Positions 1 to 7,406 of a stretch of DNA of 20,000 bases are shown here, in pieces. Position 1 is the first letter of the stretch. Every line of letters begins with the position of its first letter. The stretch is taken from IMG/VR virus record IMGVR_UViG_3300020576_004096; one strand, written 5' to 3'. Source of the DNA: an uncultured virus (IMG/VR IMGVR_UViG_3300020576_004096) (taxonomy: Duplodnaviria > Heunggongvirae > Uroviricota > Caudoviricetes). Under the pieces are notes generated by a model. The model was given only the letters and a program-made list of their open reading frames with translations, did not search any database and was not told the DNA's origin. The position numbers and the translations under genes were made by a program.

Positions 1-24
1 TCTCTCACCATCTTTCAAGAGGAC

Positions 25-345
25 ATGGCAGCGGCGCAGGCTGAACTCGAAGCCTTGTTTCGCGACTTGAACGAAAACCTCGCCGAAGAAACAACGCTGG
101 GCCGCGAATACAACAAGGAAACCTTTGACGCTGCACTGCGCGTCGCTCGCGGCAAGGTCTTGCAGCGGTTCAGTAACTTCCCGATTGCCGCCGCACTGCT
201 TGAGTGTTTCCTCATGTACCTCGAAACCCAACTCGACCTCGGCGCGCATTTCCTCAACCTCCGCAAAGTGGCGAACGTCGAAGACCGAGCCAAGAGCGGA
301 AACCAGTTCTACAACCTTGACGGCGACCCCAAGAGCAAGGGCTGA
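25..345 (+). CDS. Hypothetical protein, 106 aa
   Basis: AGGAGG SD before ATG; C/G-ending codon bias like neighbours; TGA followed by AACTAAACTT at 347. Confidence 0.75.
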   Translation: MAAAQAELEALFRDLNENLAEETTLGREYNKETFDAALRVARGKVLQRFSNFPIAAALLECFLMYLETQLDLGAHFLNLRKVANVEDRAKSGNQFYNLDGDPKSKG

Positions 346-659
346 GAACTAAACTTCCTCGGCAACTCCAAAGAGCATGGATTGGTAGAACCAACAGGAA
401 ACCAACCGGCAGGTTGGGTGTATGGTTGGGAGCCTAGATACCCCTTGTTGGTAGGTCAAGCCAACTGGTCGGAACCCGAACGAGACTCGGGAGGTAGGTA
501 TACCCGGGCGGCCCTAAACAAGCCGCCCTTATGTTTGCGCCCTTCGTAATCGTTATGAGTGAAATGATCGGATCGACCCTCGATGATCTTCCCATCTATT
601 AATTGGTCACTTAAGCCACACAACCGCACACAATTTGCCTAAAAGTGACCTAACGACTG

Positions 660-770
660 CTGGATTTAGTGGAAACCGGGTCAGGGTTCCCAGGGTTTCG
701 TCAAATCCAGAGCGGGCTGCCCAGGGTTCCGAGACCCCGCAACGGGCTGCCTCAAGGCGGAGCCGCTCTG
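660..770 (+). ncRNA. Candidate structured non-coding element (long hairpin plus multi-branch domain)
   Basis: CTGGATTT 660-667 pairs with AAATCCAG 703-710 (inner GAAACC/GGTTTC); CAGAGCGG 708-715 pairs with CCGCTCTG 763-770 and encloses three small hairpins; lies in a ~700-bp gene-free gap. Confidence 0.35.
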
Positions 771-1071
771 AAGCCCCTAACGAAGATGTAACAGCGGGCT
801 GAAACGGCAGAACTAAACTTCCAAACCCATACAACCGCCAACCAAACCCAACCGCCTAGCGCAATCCGTTAGGGAAAGATTCGTATACCAACAGTATACA
901 GCAGGCAGAAATCGTTATGAGTGATACAGGTTCAGCGAGCAGCCCGATTGCGAACCCGAGCAGGTAGCGAGAACTAAACTTTGCGCGCAGAATCAATCCT
1001 CAACAACGGAAACAACCGCCGAGTAGGACTAAACTTCCGTTGGAGAACTGAGAAGCAGAAAGGAAAGCCCC

Positions 1072-1800
1072 ATGAAACTGATTACTCGCAACGAACTCCG
1101 AACTCTCCTCCTCGCCCAAACGGGCGCAACCATCGTTTCGCTCGTTTCGGTTGTCGAGCCGGACCTGCGGGCGAAGGACGACAACGGCAACGCAAACCCC
1201 TTCATGGCGGGCCGCAAACTCGCCGATGGGTTCACCATCGCCAAGACGAACAAGGCGACGGGCCGAATCGACACGGACTACAACCGCGAAGTCGAGAACC
1301 AACTGCGCAAGGAAATCATCGAGGAGCGCATGGCGGCGAACATGCCCCCGCTTCCGACCAACGAACTCGAAGCCGAAATCGAGGCGCGCTTCCGCAAGGG
1401 CGAATCTTGGCATCGCCCCATCATGGCGGCGAACGGGCGGCCTACTCCGCTCTCCGTCAACAAGAAGGACGGACCCAACGACGACGGCGCGGCCTATCTC
1501 CGCATCATCATCAGCGCAGAAGGGGACAGCGAATTCCTCAAGTATGAGGACGGCACAACGGTTCCGAGCGAGAACGTCATCCCCTTCAATCAGAAGAAGA
1601 AGCCCTACGCCAATCAGGGGACGAAGCAGCCGCGCCAGATTCGGACCTACGGCTTGGAGAACATCGTCGAGTTTACCATGAACGGCGAACGCTACCGAGT
1701 CGCGGACAACTTCCTCTCCCGCCCCGAGGCAATGAGGCACCGAATTTGGGATATCGCCGAGCAGTACCTCAACGGCGAGCGCAGCATGGCGAAGGTCTGA
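1072..1800 (+). CDS. Phage-type hypothetical protein, 242 aa
   Basis: AGAAAGGA SD; codon bias; NP...DY..V.N...YL...QG...R.Y.LENI pattern recalls an uncharacterised phage family (by eye). Confidence 0.85.
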   Translation: MKLITRNELRTLLLAQTGATIVSLVSVVEPDLRAKDDNGNANPFMAGRKLADGFTIAKTNKATGRIDTDYNREVENQLRKEIIEERMAANMPPLPTNELEAEIEARFRKGESWHRPIMAANGRPTPLSVNKKDGPNDDGAAYLRIIISAEGDSEFLKYEDGTTVPSENVIPFNQKKKPYANQGTKQPRQIRTYGLENIVEFTMNGERYRVADNFLSRPEAMRHRIWDIAEQYLNGERSMAKV

Positions 1801-1843
1801 AACTAAACTTTCATACCTGCCAATCCAACAAACTTTCATGGGC

Positions 1844-1888
1844 GACCAACGCCGAACGGGGACCAAACCGTATCGGCGTTCGGTCTTT
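1844..1888 (+). terminator. GC-rich hairpin with short T-run; possible intrinsic terminator
   Basis: GACCAACGCCGAACGG ... CCGTATCGGCGTTCGGTC then TTT, downstream of the 1072-1800 gene. Confidence 0.5.
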
Positions 1889-2004
1889 GGTAAAGCGAAA
1901 TGGTTATGAGTGAACATTCTGAGCCGTCGCCGAACTCAGAGCAAGTGAAAGAATCAGGACTAAACTATCGGCGCAACTCTGATTGTTGAAAGGAAGCCCA
2001 ACCC

Positions 2005-2403
2005 ATGAAAGCGCAGAACTCCGAACATTACATTCCGATTGGTCTTGACGACGCAGCGAGCAACGCAGCAACGGCGGTCGAAGAAGCGACCGATATCCGA
2101 GTCAAGGTCAAGAACGACCCGAGAACTCGCGGACAGAGGGACCATGTTGTTTTGCTTTGGAACGACGACGAACATACCGAAGTGTTCGTTATGGCGATCC
2201 TCATGGAAGTCTGCAAAATGACGCAAGAACAAGCGTTTGAGACTGCCATGAAAGTCCATAACGAGGGCAAGGCCCCCGTTTGGCGCGGCTTGCTCGAACC
2301 TTGCGAACTGAAGCGCGAACAAATCGCAACCTTCCGAGACAAGTTTATCGTTGAGAATGGAGGCCCCAACCTTCCCCTCAACGTCACCGTCGCGGAAGCG
2401 TAA
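2005..2403 (+). CDS. clpS: ATP-dependent Clp protease adaptor ClpS
   Basis: HVVLLWNDDEHTEVFVMAIL...A...AMKVHNEGKAPVW...CELK matches the ClpS core with the intact N-D-D/His N-degron pocket; SD GAAAGGA. Confidence 0.9.
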   Translation: MKAQNSEHYIPIGLDDAASNAATAVEEATDIRVKVKNDPRTRGQRDHVVLLWNDDEHTEVFVMAILMEVCKMTQEQAFETAMKVHNEGKAPVWRGLLEPCELKREQIATFRDKFIVENGGPNLPLNVTVAEA

Positions 2404-2435
2404 CTAAACTTCCAGAACAATGAACTTTCATGGGC

Positions 2436-2477
2436 GAGAGCGTTGAGCGAACTGCGGCGGTTCGCTCCGCTCTCTTT
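2436..2477 (+). terminator. GC-rich hairpin with T-run; possible intrinsic terminator
   Basis: GAGAGCG(TT)GAGCGAAC ... GTTCGCTCCGCTCTC then TTT after clpS. Confidence 0.55.
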
Positions 2478-2542
2478 AACCTTTGATAATCGTTATGAGT
2501 GAACCAGTCGCCGACTAAACTTCCGCGCAAAAATTCAAGAGT

Positions 2543-2734
2543 ATGAACAACAACCCTCCCAATCCCATGCGTCCCATGCCTCAAGGCCCCCAGAACGTCC
2601 ACAGCGTTACCCTCAACGGTCAAACCAAGACCGTCACCGGGGCGTTCAGCAGCGACCACGCCGCTCGCCAGGCGTTTGGGAGCAACTGGAACCGGGCGAC
2701 CGTCCAGACGACCCAAACGAAGAAGTGGATGTAA
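2543..2734 (+). CDS. Hypothetical protein, 63 aa
   Basis: ATG exactly 20 nt after motif end; bounded by next motif. Confidence 0.7.
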   Translation: MNNNPPNPMRPMPQGPQNVHSVTLNGQTKTVTGAFSSDHAARQAFGSNWNRATVQTTQTKKWM

Positions 2735-2769
2735 GGCAGAACTAAACTTCCCAACAGAAGGGGAAGAAC

Positions 2770-3117
2770 ATGCCGAACGTCAAGAAGAACTACCCGAAAC
2801 TCGCCGATATGAAGGCCGCTAACCCCGGTTTCTTCAACAAGGCCAACAAGTCTTTCTTTGGCGACCAGAAACATCGGGCGTATCATGGCTACCTCATTGT
2901 TGAGGGAACAACGCCGCACAGCGACGGCAGCAAGAGCAAGCGCATTGCCGTCTATCGGTTCGCTCCCGAACTGAACAAGGACGACCCATTCTTTCACGTT
3001 ACTCTCGCCGAGGACTCTCGCAACGTCGATAGGGTTAAGGAACTCATCAGCGAGTACGAGAAGAATGAGTGGCCGACGAAGGCCGCCCGAATCGCAGCGG
3101 AAGTTAAGAAGGCGTAA
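2770..3117 (+). CDS. Hypothetical protein, 115 aa
   Basis: ATG 20 nt after motif; stop TAA overlaps next motif; codon bias. Confidence 0.8.
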   Translation: MPNVKKNYPKLADMKAANPGFFNKANKSFFGDQKHRAYHGYLIVEGTTPHSDGSKSKRIAVYRFAPELNKDDPFFHVTLAEDSRNVDRVKELISEYEKNEWPTKAARIAAEVKKA

Positions 3118-3148
3118 CTAAACTTTCGCGCCAAGAGAGAAACGTACC

Positions 3149-3493
3149 ATGAAAGACGCAAAGGGCAACAAGGTCGGTATCGGAACTCTCCTCTACGCCA
3201 ATCTCGGAGACTACGGCCCCTGCGCTCGAATTTGCGACTTCAAGACAGACCCATTCGGAAGGGGTTACGATTGCGCTTATCTCGAATGGGGAACAACAAT
3301 CACCGACGAGTTTGGGAACAAGACGTTTATCCCAATCTATAGCAAGCCGCAACCAATCAGCCTTGAAAGCCTTAAGAACTCCTATTGGAGCGCAACGAGG
3401 ACTTTCTGGCAAGAACTCGCCCAACCGCTTCGCAAGTGGTGGTACGAATTCCGCGCCGAACTCAAGAAGGCATTGGCAACTTACAAGGACTGA
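3149..3493 (+). CDS. Hypothetical protein, 114 aa
   Basis: ATG 23 nt after motif; ends 4 nt before the next gene. Confidence 0.75.
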   Translation: MKDAKGNKVGIGTLLYANLGDYGPCARICDFKTDPFGRGYDCAYLEWGTTITDEFGNKTFIPIYSKPQPISLESLKNSYWSATRTFWQELAQPLRKWWYEFRAELKKALATYKD

Positions 3494-3497
3494 ACTC

Positions 3498-3719
3498 ATG
3501 GCAGCAACACCAATCAATCAGAAGCAGCCAGGCGACTCGGGCTACGTTTACTTCTACAACAGCCAACGAATCGAACTCTACGCCAAGAACGCAGCAGACG
3601 CAAAGGACAAGGCGGTGGCGTACTTCAAGCCGCCCAAGAGCAAACGCCATATGGTTCATGGCATGATTGCCGAGGACAAGGACGGCAACGCCGTCGTCCA
3701 TTCGACCGCTTCAATCTGA
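3498..3719 (+). CDS. Small phage-type hypothetical protein, 73 aa (start revised from 3312 to ATG 3498)
   Basis: MAATPINQKQPGDSGYVYFYNSQRIELYA...A.DKAVAYFK...MIAEDKDGNAVVHST; revised start removes overlap with the previous gene. Confidence 0.75.
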   Translation: MAATPINQKQPGDSGYVYFYNSQRIELYAKNAADAKDKAVAYFKPPKSKRHMVHGMIAEDKDGNAVVHSTASI

Positions 3720-3848
3720 AGAACTAAACTTCAGAACCAGCCCAAACTTCAATCGGTTTCGGTTGTTCAATTCCGAAACTAAACTTTCGGCGCAGAACAG
3801 ATAGGCATGAAGGGAATGAACCCTTCGCCTAACTGAAAGGACCGAATC

Positions 3849-4202
3849 ATGCCTCTCGACCGCAACCAACTCGCCAAACTCATGCAGAACCCCGCCCAAG
3901 CCCTCATGGAAGCGCAGCAAGCCGAAATCGCGGCAATGGCGGGCGGCAACGTCCCCGTCCAACTCCCCGGCATGACGCTCAAGGACATCGAGGACGAACT
4001 TCGCAAGCGCGCCGCCGCGGCCGAACAATTGGGCGACCGAACCATCGTTCGGACGACCGAATCCCTCATCGCCATGAATCGCCAATGGATGGCGGGCGTT
4101 GCGGGCGGCATGGTTGCCCTCCAGAACCAAGTCAACGAACTTCGAGCCGCCAACGCCAACGGCGGCAACGTCATCGAGGTCAAGCCCAAGAAGAAGAAGT
4201 AA
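3849..4202 (+). CDS. Hypothetical helical protein with basic tail, 117 aa
   Basis: GAAAGGA SD; strong codon bias; ends KPKKKK. Confidence 0.8.
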   Translation: MPLDRNQLAKLMQNPAQALMEAQQAEIAAMAGGNVPVQLPGMTLKDIEDELRKRAAAAEQLGDRTIVRTTESLIAMNRQWMAGVAGGMVALQNQVNELRAANANGGNVIEVKPKKKK

Positions 4203-4438
4203 TCCTCCAGCCGCCAAGCAGGGAGCCGACAATCGGTAATCCCCCAATAAGGGCCGCAAGGCCCTTTGGCGGTTTAAGAACTAAACTTTCTGAACCATGC
4301 CGAGACGTAAGGGACGAGCAATCCGCCAGCCGCAAGGTTGGCTCTCGGGCCAACGCAGCGTAATCGTTATGAGTGAATCAGGTTCGCCGAGGAACCAGGT
4401 CTATGCGAAACTAAACTTCCCAAACATTAAGAACTAAC

Positions 4439-4660
4439 ATGCTCGACCCCTTCGCCGCTACCGTTGAACATGGCAAAGTCATCATCGCCAACATCGAGGC
4501 GAATCTCCGAAGGAATCGCCAGCCCAAGCCGAAGCGTCCAACTCCCCAAACGCCCTACAAGGGTTCATGGGCGCACAGCGAACAACTCCGCAAAGAGCGA
4601 GGCGAGCCGCTCAAGACTCCGCCAGCGTTTGACAGCGGTTGGGTTACGCTTAAGTCGTAA
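4439..4660 (+). CDS. Hypothetical protein, 73 aa
   Basis: ATG 20 nt after motif; stop overlaps next motif. Confidence 0.7.
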   Translation: MLDPFAATVEHGKVIIANIEANLRRNRQPKPKRPTPQTPYKGSWAHSEQLRKERGEPLKTPPAFDSGWVTLKS

Positions 4661-4883
4661 CTAAACTTCCGCGCAAAGAGGGATTGGTATGCCGCTCAAC
4701 AGAGAACAATACAGTAACCTTTGGGACGAGGGCTACAACGCTTTCTTTGATAAGAAGCCCTCAACGTCCTGCCTTTACGCCGAAGGGTCCGAAGAGCGCA
4801 AGGCATGGATGGAAGGTTTCAACTACGCCGAGGAAACGCAGAAGTAAACTAAACTTCCGCGCAAAGAGGGATTGGTATGCCGC
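4659..4883 (+). repeat. Exact 37-bp direct repeat covering motif, spacer and start of two different genes
   Basis: AACTAAACTTCCGCGCAAAGAGGGATTGGTATGCCGC at 4659-4695 and 4847-4883. Confidence 0.95.
4689..4847 (+). CDS. Ribosome modulation factor (Rmf/CrpP)-like small protein, 52 aa (not in ORF track)
   Basis: Hand translation MPLNREQYSNLWDEGYNAFFDKKPSTSCLYAEGSEERKAWMEGFNYAEETQK fits the RMF pattern GY.A.......C.Y......R..W..G(W/F); ATG 20 nt after motif. Confidence 0.7.
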   Translation: MPLNREQYSNLWDEGYNAFFDKKPSTSCLYAEGSEERKAWMEGFNYAEETQK

Positions 4884-5104
4884 AAGACAATCAAAAGCCC
4901 AAACTCTCCGACGATGACCTTGTATGGTCAATGGTTGTGTTCATGGAAGAACACGGAGGCGAGCGCATGCTCAAAGCAACCGCAATGGCTTGCAAACTCA
5001 TCTCCGAGAAAGCCAAGACCGAACTCGACGGAACTTCCGCTCAAGTTTGGGAAGAAGCACGCAAGAGAGTCGCTTCCGCCGCTCAATACTTGGAGGAGAA
5101 CTAA
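4877..5104 (+). CDS. Hypothetical protein, 75 aa
   Basis: ATG 20 nt after motif; last codon and stop (AAC TAA) supplied by next motif. Confidence 0.75.
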   Translation: MPQDNQKPKLSDDDLVWSMVVFMEEHGGERMLKATAMACKLISEKAKTELDGTSAQVWEEARKRVASAAQYLEEN

Positions 5105-5128
5105 ACTTCCTGCCTACCCTTGTTAGGC

Positions 5129-5317
5129 ATGGAAGCAATCCAAACAAGAACTTGCGAGGATTGCAGAGAACCCTTTGAGGTACTCGACCCAACATGCAAG
5201 GCCGAAGTCCGTTGCATTACTTGTCAAGTTTTGTTTCGCTTGACGGGTAAGACCGCTCATCAGCGGTATATCGAGGAACTTAAGAAGCAACAGGAGGAAG
5301 CCCATGCCTCTGTCTGA
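5129..5317 (+). CDS. Small zinc-ribbon protein, 62 aa (start ATG 5129)
   Basis: CEDC...CITC pair; ATG 20 nt after motif. Confidence 0.7.
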   Translation: MEAIQTRTCEDCREPFEVLDPTCKAEVRCITCQVLFRLTGKTAHQRYIEELKKQQEEAHASV

Positions 5318-5612
5318 ACAAGAAGCCGCCAAAATCCGAGTCGAATCGAAGCGCGCCAGCAAGGGAATGGGAAACCTCATTCTCCCCATCCTCCGAGAGC
5401 CGCCCTTCCCAACTTCCCTCAAGGCGGGCGACATCGTTGGATTCCGCTACATTGTCGCAGGAGGCGAGCGTCCCCTCTACTTCAATGACAACGGTTGGGA
5501 AGTCGTTGGGTTCGCCCATGACCCCAAGACGAGCCGCCAGAACCTTGTGGTGGTTCATAAGGAGGACCGAACCATCAACATCGAACTGAAGGACATCACT
5601 TCGCGGAACTAA
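5304..5612 (+). CDS. Hypothetical protein, 102 aa
   Basis: AGGAGG SD inside upstream gene; stop supplied by motif. Confidence 0.8.
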   Translation: MPLSEQEAAKIRVESKRASKGMGNLILPILREPPFPTSLKAGDIVGFRYIVAGGERPLYFNDNGWEVVGFAHDPKTSRQNLVVVHKEDRTINIELKDITSRN

Positions 5613-5636
5613 ACTTCCTGCCATGACCTAAATAGC

Positions 5637-5882
5637 ATGGCAAACTTCTCCCTCATCAACATCCGCAAAGAGAGCAGCGACGGAACAATCATCGAGGGAG
5701 AGTGGATTCAGAACGCCGTCGCCTGTACGCTCGAAGAAGCAACCCAACGAGCCATCGGTTACGAGCGCAAAGTCTGGGGCGTTCAAACCCATGTTGGAGT
5801 CGTCGCAGAAGTCCCCTCATCAACGCCGCAAGGAGTTTGGGCAAACCTCAAGAGACTCGACCAGAGCCGTAGGTATTCGTAA
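5637..5882 (+). CDS. Hypothetical protein, 81 aa
   Basis: ATG 20 nt after motif; stop overlaps next motif. Confidence 0.75.
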   Translation: MANFSLINIRKESSDGTIIEGEWIQNAVACTLEEATQRAIGYERKVWGVQTHVGVVAEVPSSTPQGVWANLKRLDQSRRYS

Positions 5883-6068
5883 CTAAACTTTCCGCGCAAA
5901 AGGGAAAGTCAACGGAAAAAGCAAGGTTGCCGCGAGACTGGCGGCAGCAGCGGACGGGAGTTAGTCGCCCGAGCCGCACTTGTTACTTAACAACGCCTAA
6001 TCGTTATGAGTGAACGCCCGCTGCCTTACGAACGCCGAAACTAAACTTCTCTCTTAAATAACAAGAGC

Positions 6069-6368
6069 ATGGCAAAGCAGAAGACCGAATTCTACCAGCA
6101 CAAGGCCGAGACTTGGGACGCCAAGACTTGCGAGAAGAAGGCCAAGCATGTCGCTAAGGACGGTCTTGGAACGCCTTACCCTTTCAAGGGCTACATCGGC
6201 TCCTCCACCTCAATCCCTCCCAAGTACGGCGCAATCCGCTACAACGGCGGATGCGTCAGAGAGGGAGAGTGGTATCAGGGCGAATTCTTCCCGCTTCCCA
6301 ACGTCGCCGAAGGGTTCGTGATTCAGCAAGTCCCGAACTGGGGCTACCGAATCGTCAAGGAGTCTTAA
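6069..6368 (+). CDS. Hypothetical protein, 99 aa
   Basis: ATG 20 nt after motif; codon bias. Confidence 0.8.
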   Translation: MAKQKTEFYQHKAETWDAKTCEKKAKHVAKDGLGTPYPFKGYIGSSTSIPPKYGAIRYNGGCVREGEWYQGEFFPLPNVAEGFVIQQVPNWGYRIVKES

Positions 6369-6406
6369 GAACCGAGAACTAAACTTCTCGCGAAAGAGAG
6401 AAAGCC

Positions 6407-6634
6407 ATGAGCAACGCAACCAAGCCCAAGTCCAAGAAGTCCAAGCCCCGCAAGTCAGCCAACGTCCAACTCGGTGTTTACATCGACGTTGGGGATATCG
6501 TCCGAGTCGCTGGACCCGACAAGGCCCAGAAGATGGTGGACAAGATTCTCCGCTTCGTCGGCAACGACAAGACCCGAGTGAACATCCCCAAGAAACTCCG
6601 CAAGACCCTCGCAACCGTCGCCGGGAAGAACTAA
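6407..6634 (+). CDS. Small basic hypothetical protein, 75 aa
   Basis: ATG 20 nt after motif; stop supplied by motif; Lys-rich. Confidence 0.75.
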   Translation: MSNATKPKSKKSKPRKSANVQLGVYIDVGDIVRVAGPDKAQKMVDKILRFVGNDKTRVNIPKKLRKTLATVAGKN

Positions 6635-6676
6635 ACTTCCCAACCTTACCAGTTAGGTAAGAAAGGACTCTTACCC

Positions 6677-6808
6677 ATGAAAATCAGCGAAATGTCATTC
6701 GGTCAATTGATGGACGCCTTTGAGGTCGCCAAGATGGAGGGTGACGCCGAACTCATGTTGACCCTTTGGAATGAACTCAGCAACCGCCGAGGAGCCAGAG
6801 CCGCATGA
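6677..6808 (+). CDS. Small hypothetical protein, 43 aa (not in ORF track)
   Basis: AGAAAGGA SD; MKISEMSFGQLMDAFEVAKMEGDAELMLTLWNELSNRRGARAA; ATGA overlap with next ORF. Confidence 0.65.
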   Translation: MKISEMSFGQLMDAFEVAKMEGDAELMLTLWNELSNRRGARAA

Positions 6809-6921
6809 AGTATCAGACCGACGCAGACCGCGACGCCCAAGCCATCCAGAACTGGGCCGAACAGCAAGAGAAGAAGCACAACCGCAAGGAGAGGCAGCGG
6901 AAGAAGAAACGGGGGAACTAA
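6805..6921 (+). CDS. Small basic hypothetical protein, 38 aa (not in ORF track)
   Basis: MKYQTDADRDAQAIQNWAEQQEKKHNRKERQRKKKRGN; ATGA coupling upstream; stop supplied by motif. Confidence 0.55.
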   Translation: MKYQTDADRDAQAIQNWAEQQEKKHNRKERQRKKKRGN

Positions 6922-6959
6922 ACTTCCTGCCGTCGCTTGTAAGGAAGAAAGGACAGCCC

Positions 6960-7253
6960 ATGAAAACCGCTCGCAAGCCATTCCGAACCTTCCTCAAGAA
7001 CAGCAAGACCCACAGCCTCGAATTCGTCATCTCCCTCGTTCAGCGCATCAACCCCGAACTCTCCTACGACGACGCCAAGGCCGTCGCCCTCAAGGTCCAC
7101 AACAACGGCAAGGCCCTCGTCGCCAAGGGCAGCAGAGAGGCTTGCCGCAAGGCCGCTCGAATCGTCCGAGAGGCGGGAGAGGACGCAGCGGCCCTCCGCT
7201 ACCTCAGCCTCAAAGGGCAAGGCCCCATGAAGACGACCATCGACCGTAACTAA
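6960..7253 (+). CDS. Divergent ClpS-like protein, 97 aa (start revised from 6771 to 6960)
   Basis: FRTFLKNSKTHSLEFVISLV...LSYDDAKAVALKVHNNGKALVAKGSREAC aligns with the ClpS core; NDD replaced by NSK; AGAAAGGA SD. Confidence 0.75.
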   Translation: MKTARKPFRTFLKNSKTHSLEFVISLVQRINPELSYDDAKAVALKVHNNGKALVAKGSREACRKAARIVREAGEDAAALRYLSLKGQGPMKTTIDRN

Positions 7254-7369
7254 ACTTCGGTCGCAAAGAACAACAGAGTCAGACAACGGAACGAAGGGTC
7301 TTAACAAAGGAGCGAGCCATGAAGAACTAAACTCCCACCACCAAAGACTCACACAGATTTGATTGTCTC

Positions 7370-7406
7370 AGCAACCCCCAGCCATGTTGGTTGGGGTTTG
7401 CTATTT
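7370..7406 (+). terminator. Intrinsic terminator-like hairpin closing the GC-rich gene array
   Basis: AGCAACCCCCAGCCA-TGT-TGGTTGGGGTTTGCT followed by ATTT. Confidence 0.6.

Larger units (their letters stand above)
347..7334 (+). promoter_or_regulatory. Dispersed direct 10-bp motif AACTAAACTT, 25 copies; putative phage-specific promoter element at -30..-21
   Basis: Exact copies start at 347, 811, 972, 1801, 2402, 2740, 3116, 3722, 3777, 4279, 4409, 4659, 4847, 5099, 5607, 5881, 6039, 6377, 6629, 6916, 7248; variants at 1027, 1958, 2513, 7325. All are on + and intergenic or overlapping stop codons, with a fixed 20-nt gap to many ATGs. The repeat is certain; the promoter role is inferred. Confidence 0.85.

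Noticed and set aside
1000..1917. 305-aa minus-strand ORF and other overlapping track ORFs in the GC-rich half
   Set aside because: Shadow frames of codon-biased plus-strand genes, with no SD or motif support and no recognisable domains.
660..5990. tRNA, hammerhead ribozyme or known riboswitch among the branched hairpins
   Set aside because: No T-loop/anticodon cloverleaf, CUGAnGA/GAAA core or recognisable aptamer consensus seen by eye.
6771..6959. N-terminal extension of the second ClpS-like ORF
   Set aside because: It overlaps two better-supported small ORFs and reads through the motif; a clear SD precedes ATG 6960.
347..7334. CRISPR array from the recurring repeats
   Set aside because: Repeats are only 10-17 bp, the intervals are highly variable and contain whole genes, and no cas genes are present.
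347..7334. Classical integron attC cassette array
   Set aside because: No paired RYYYAAC/GTTRRRY inverted cores with bottom-strand hairpins at the gene boundaries, and no integrase in the window.
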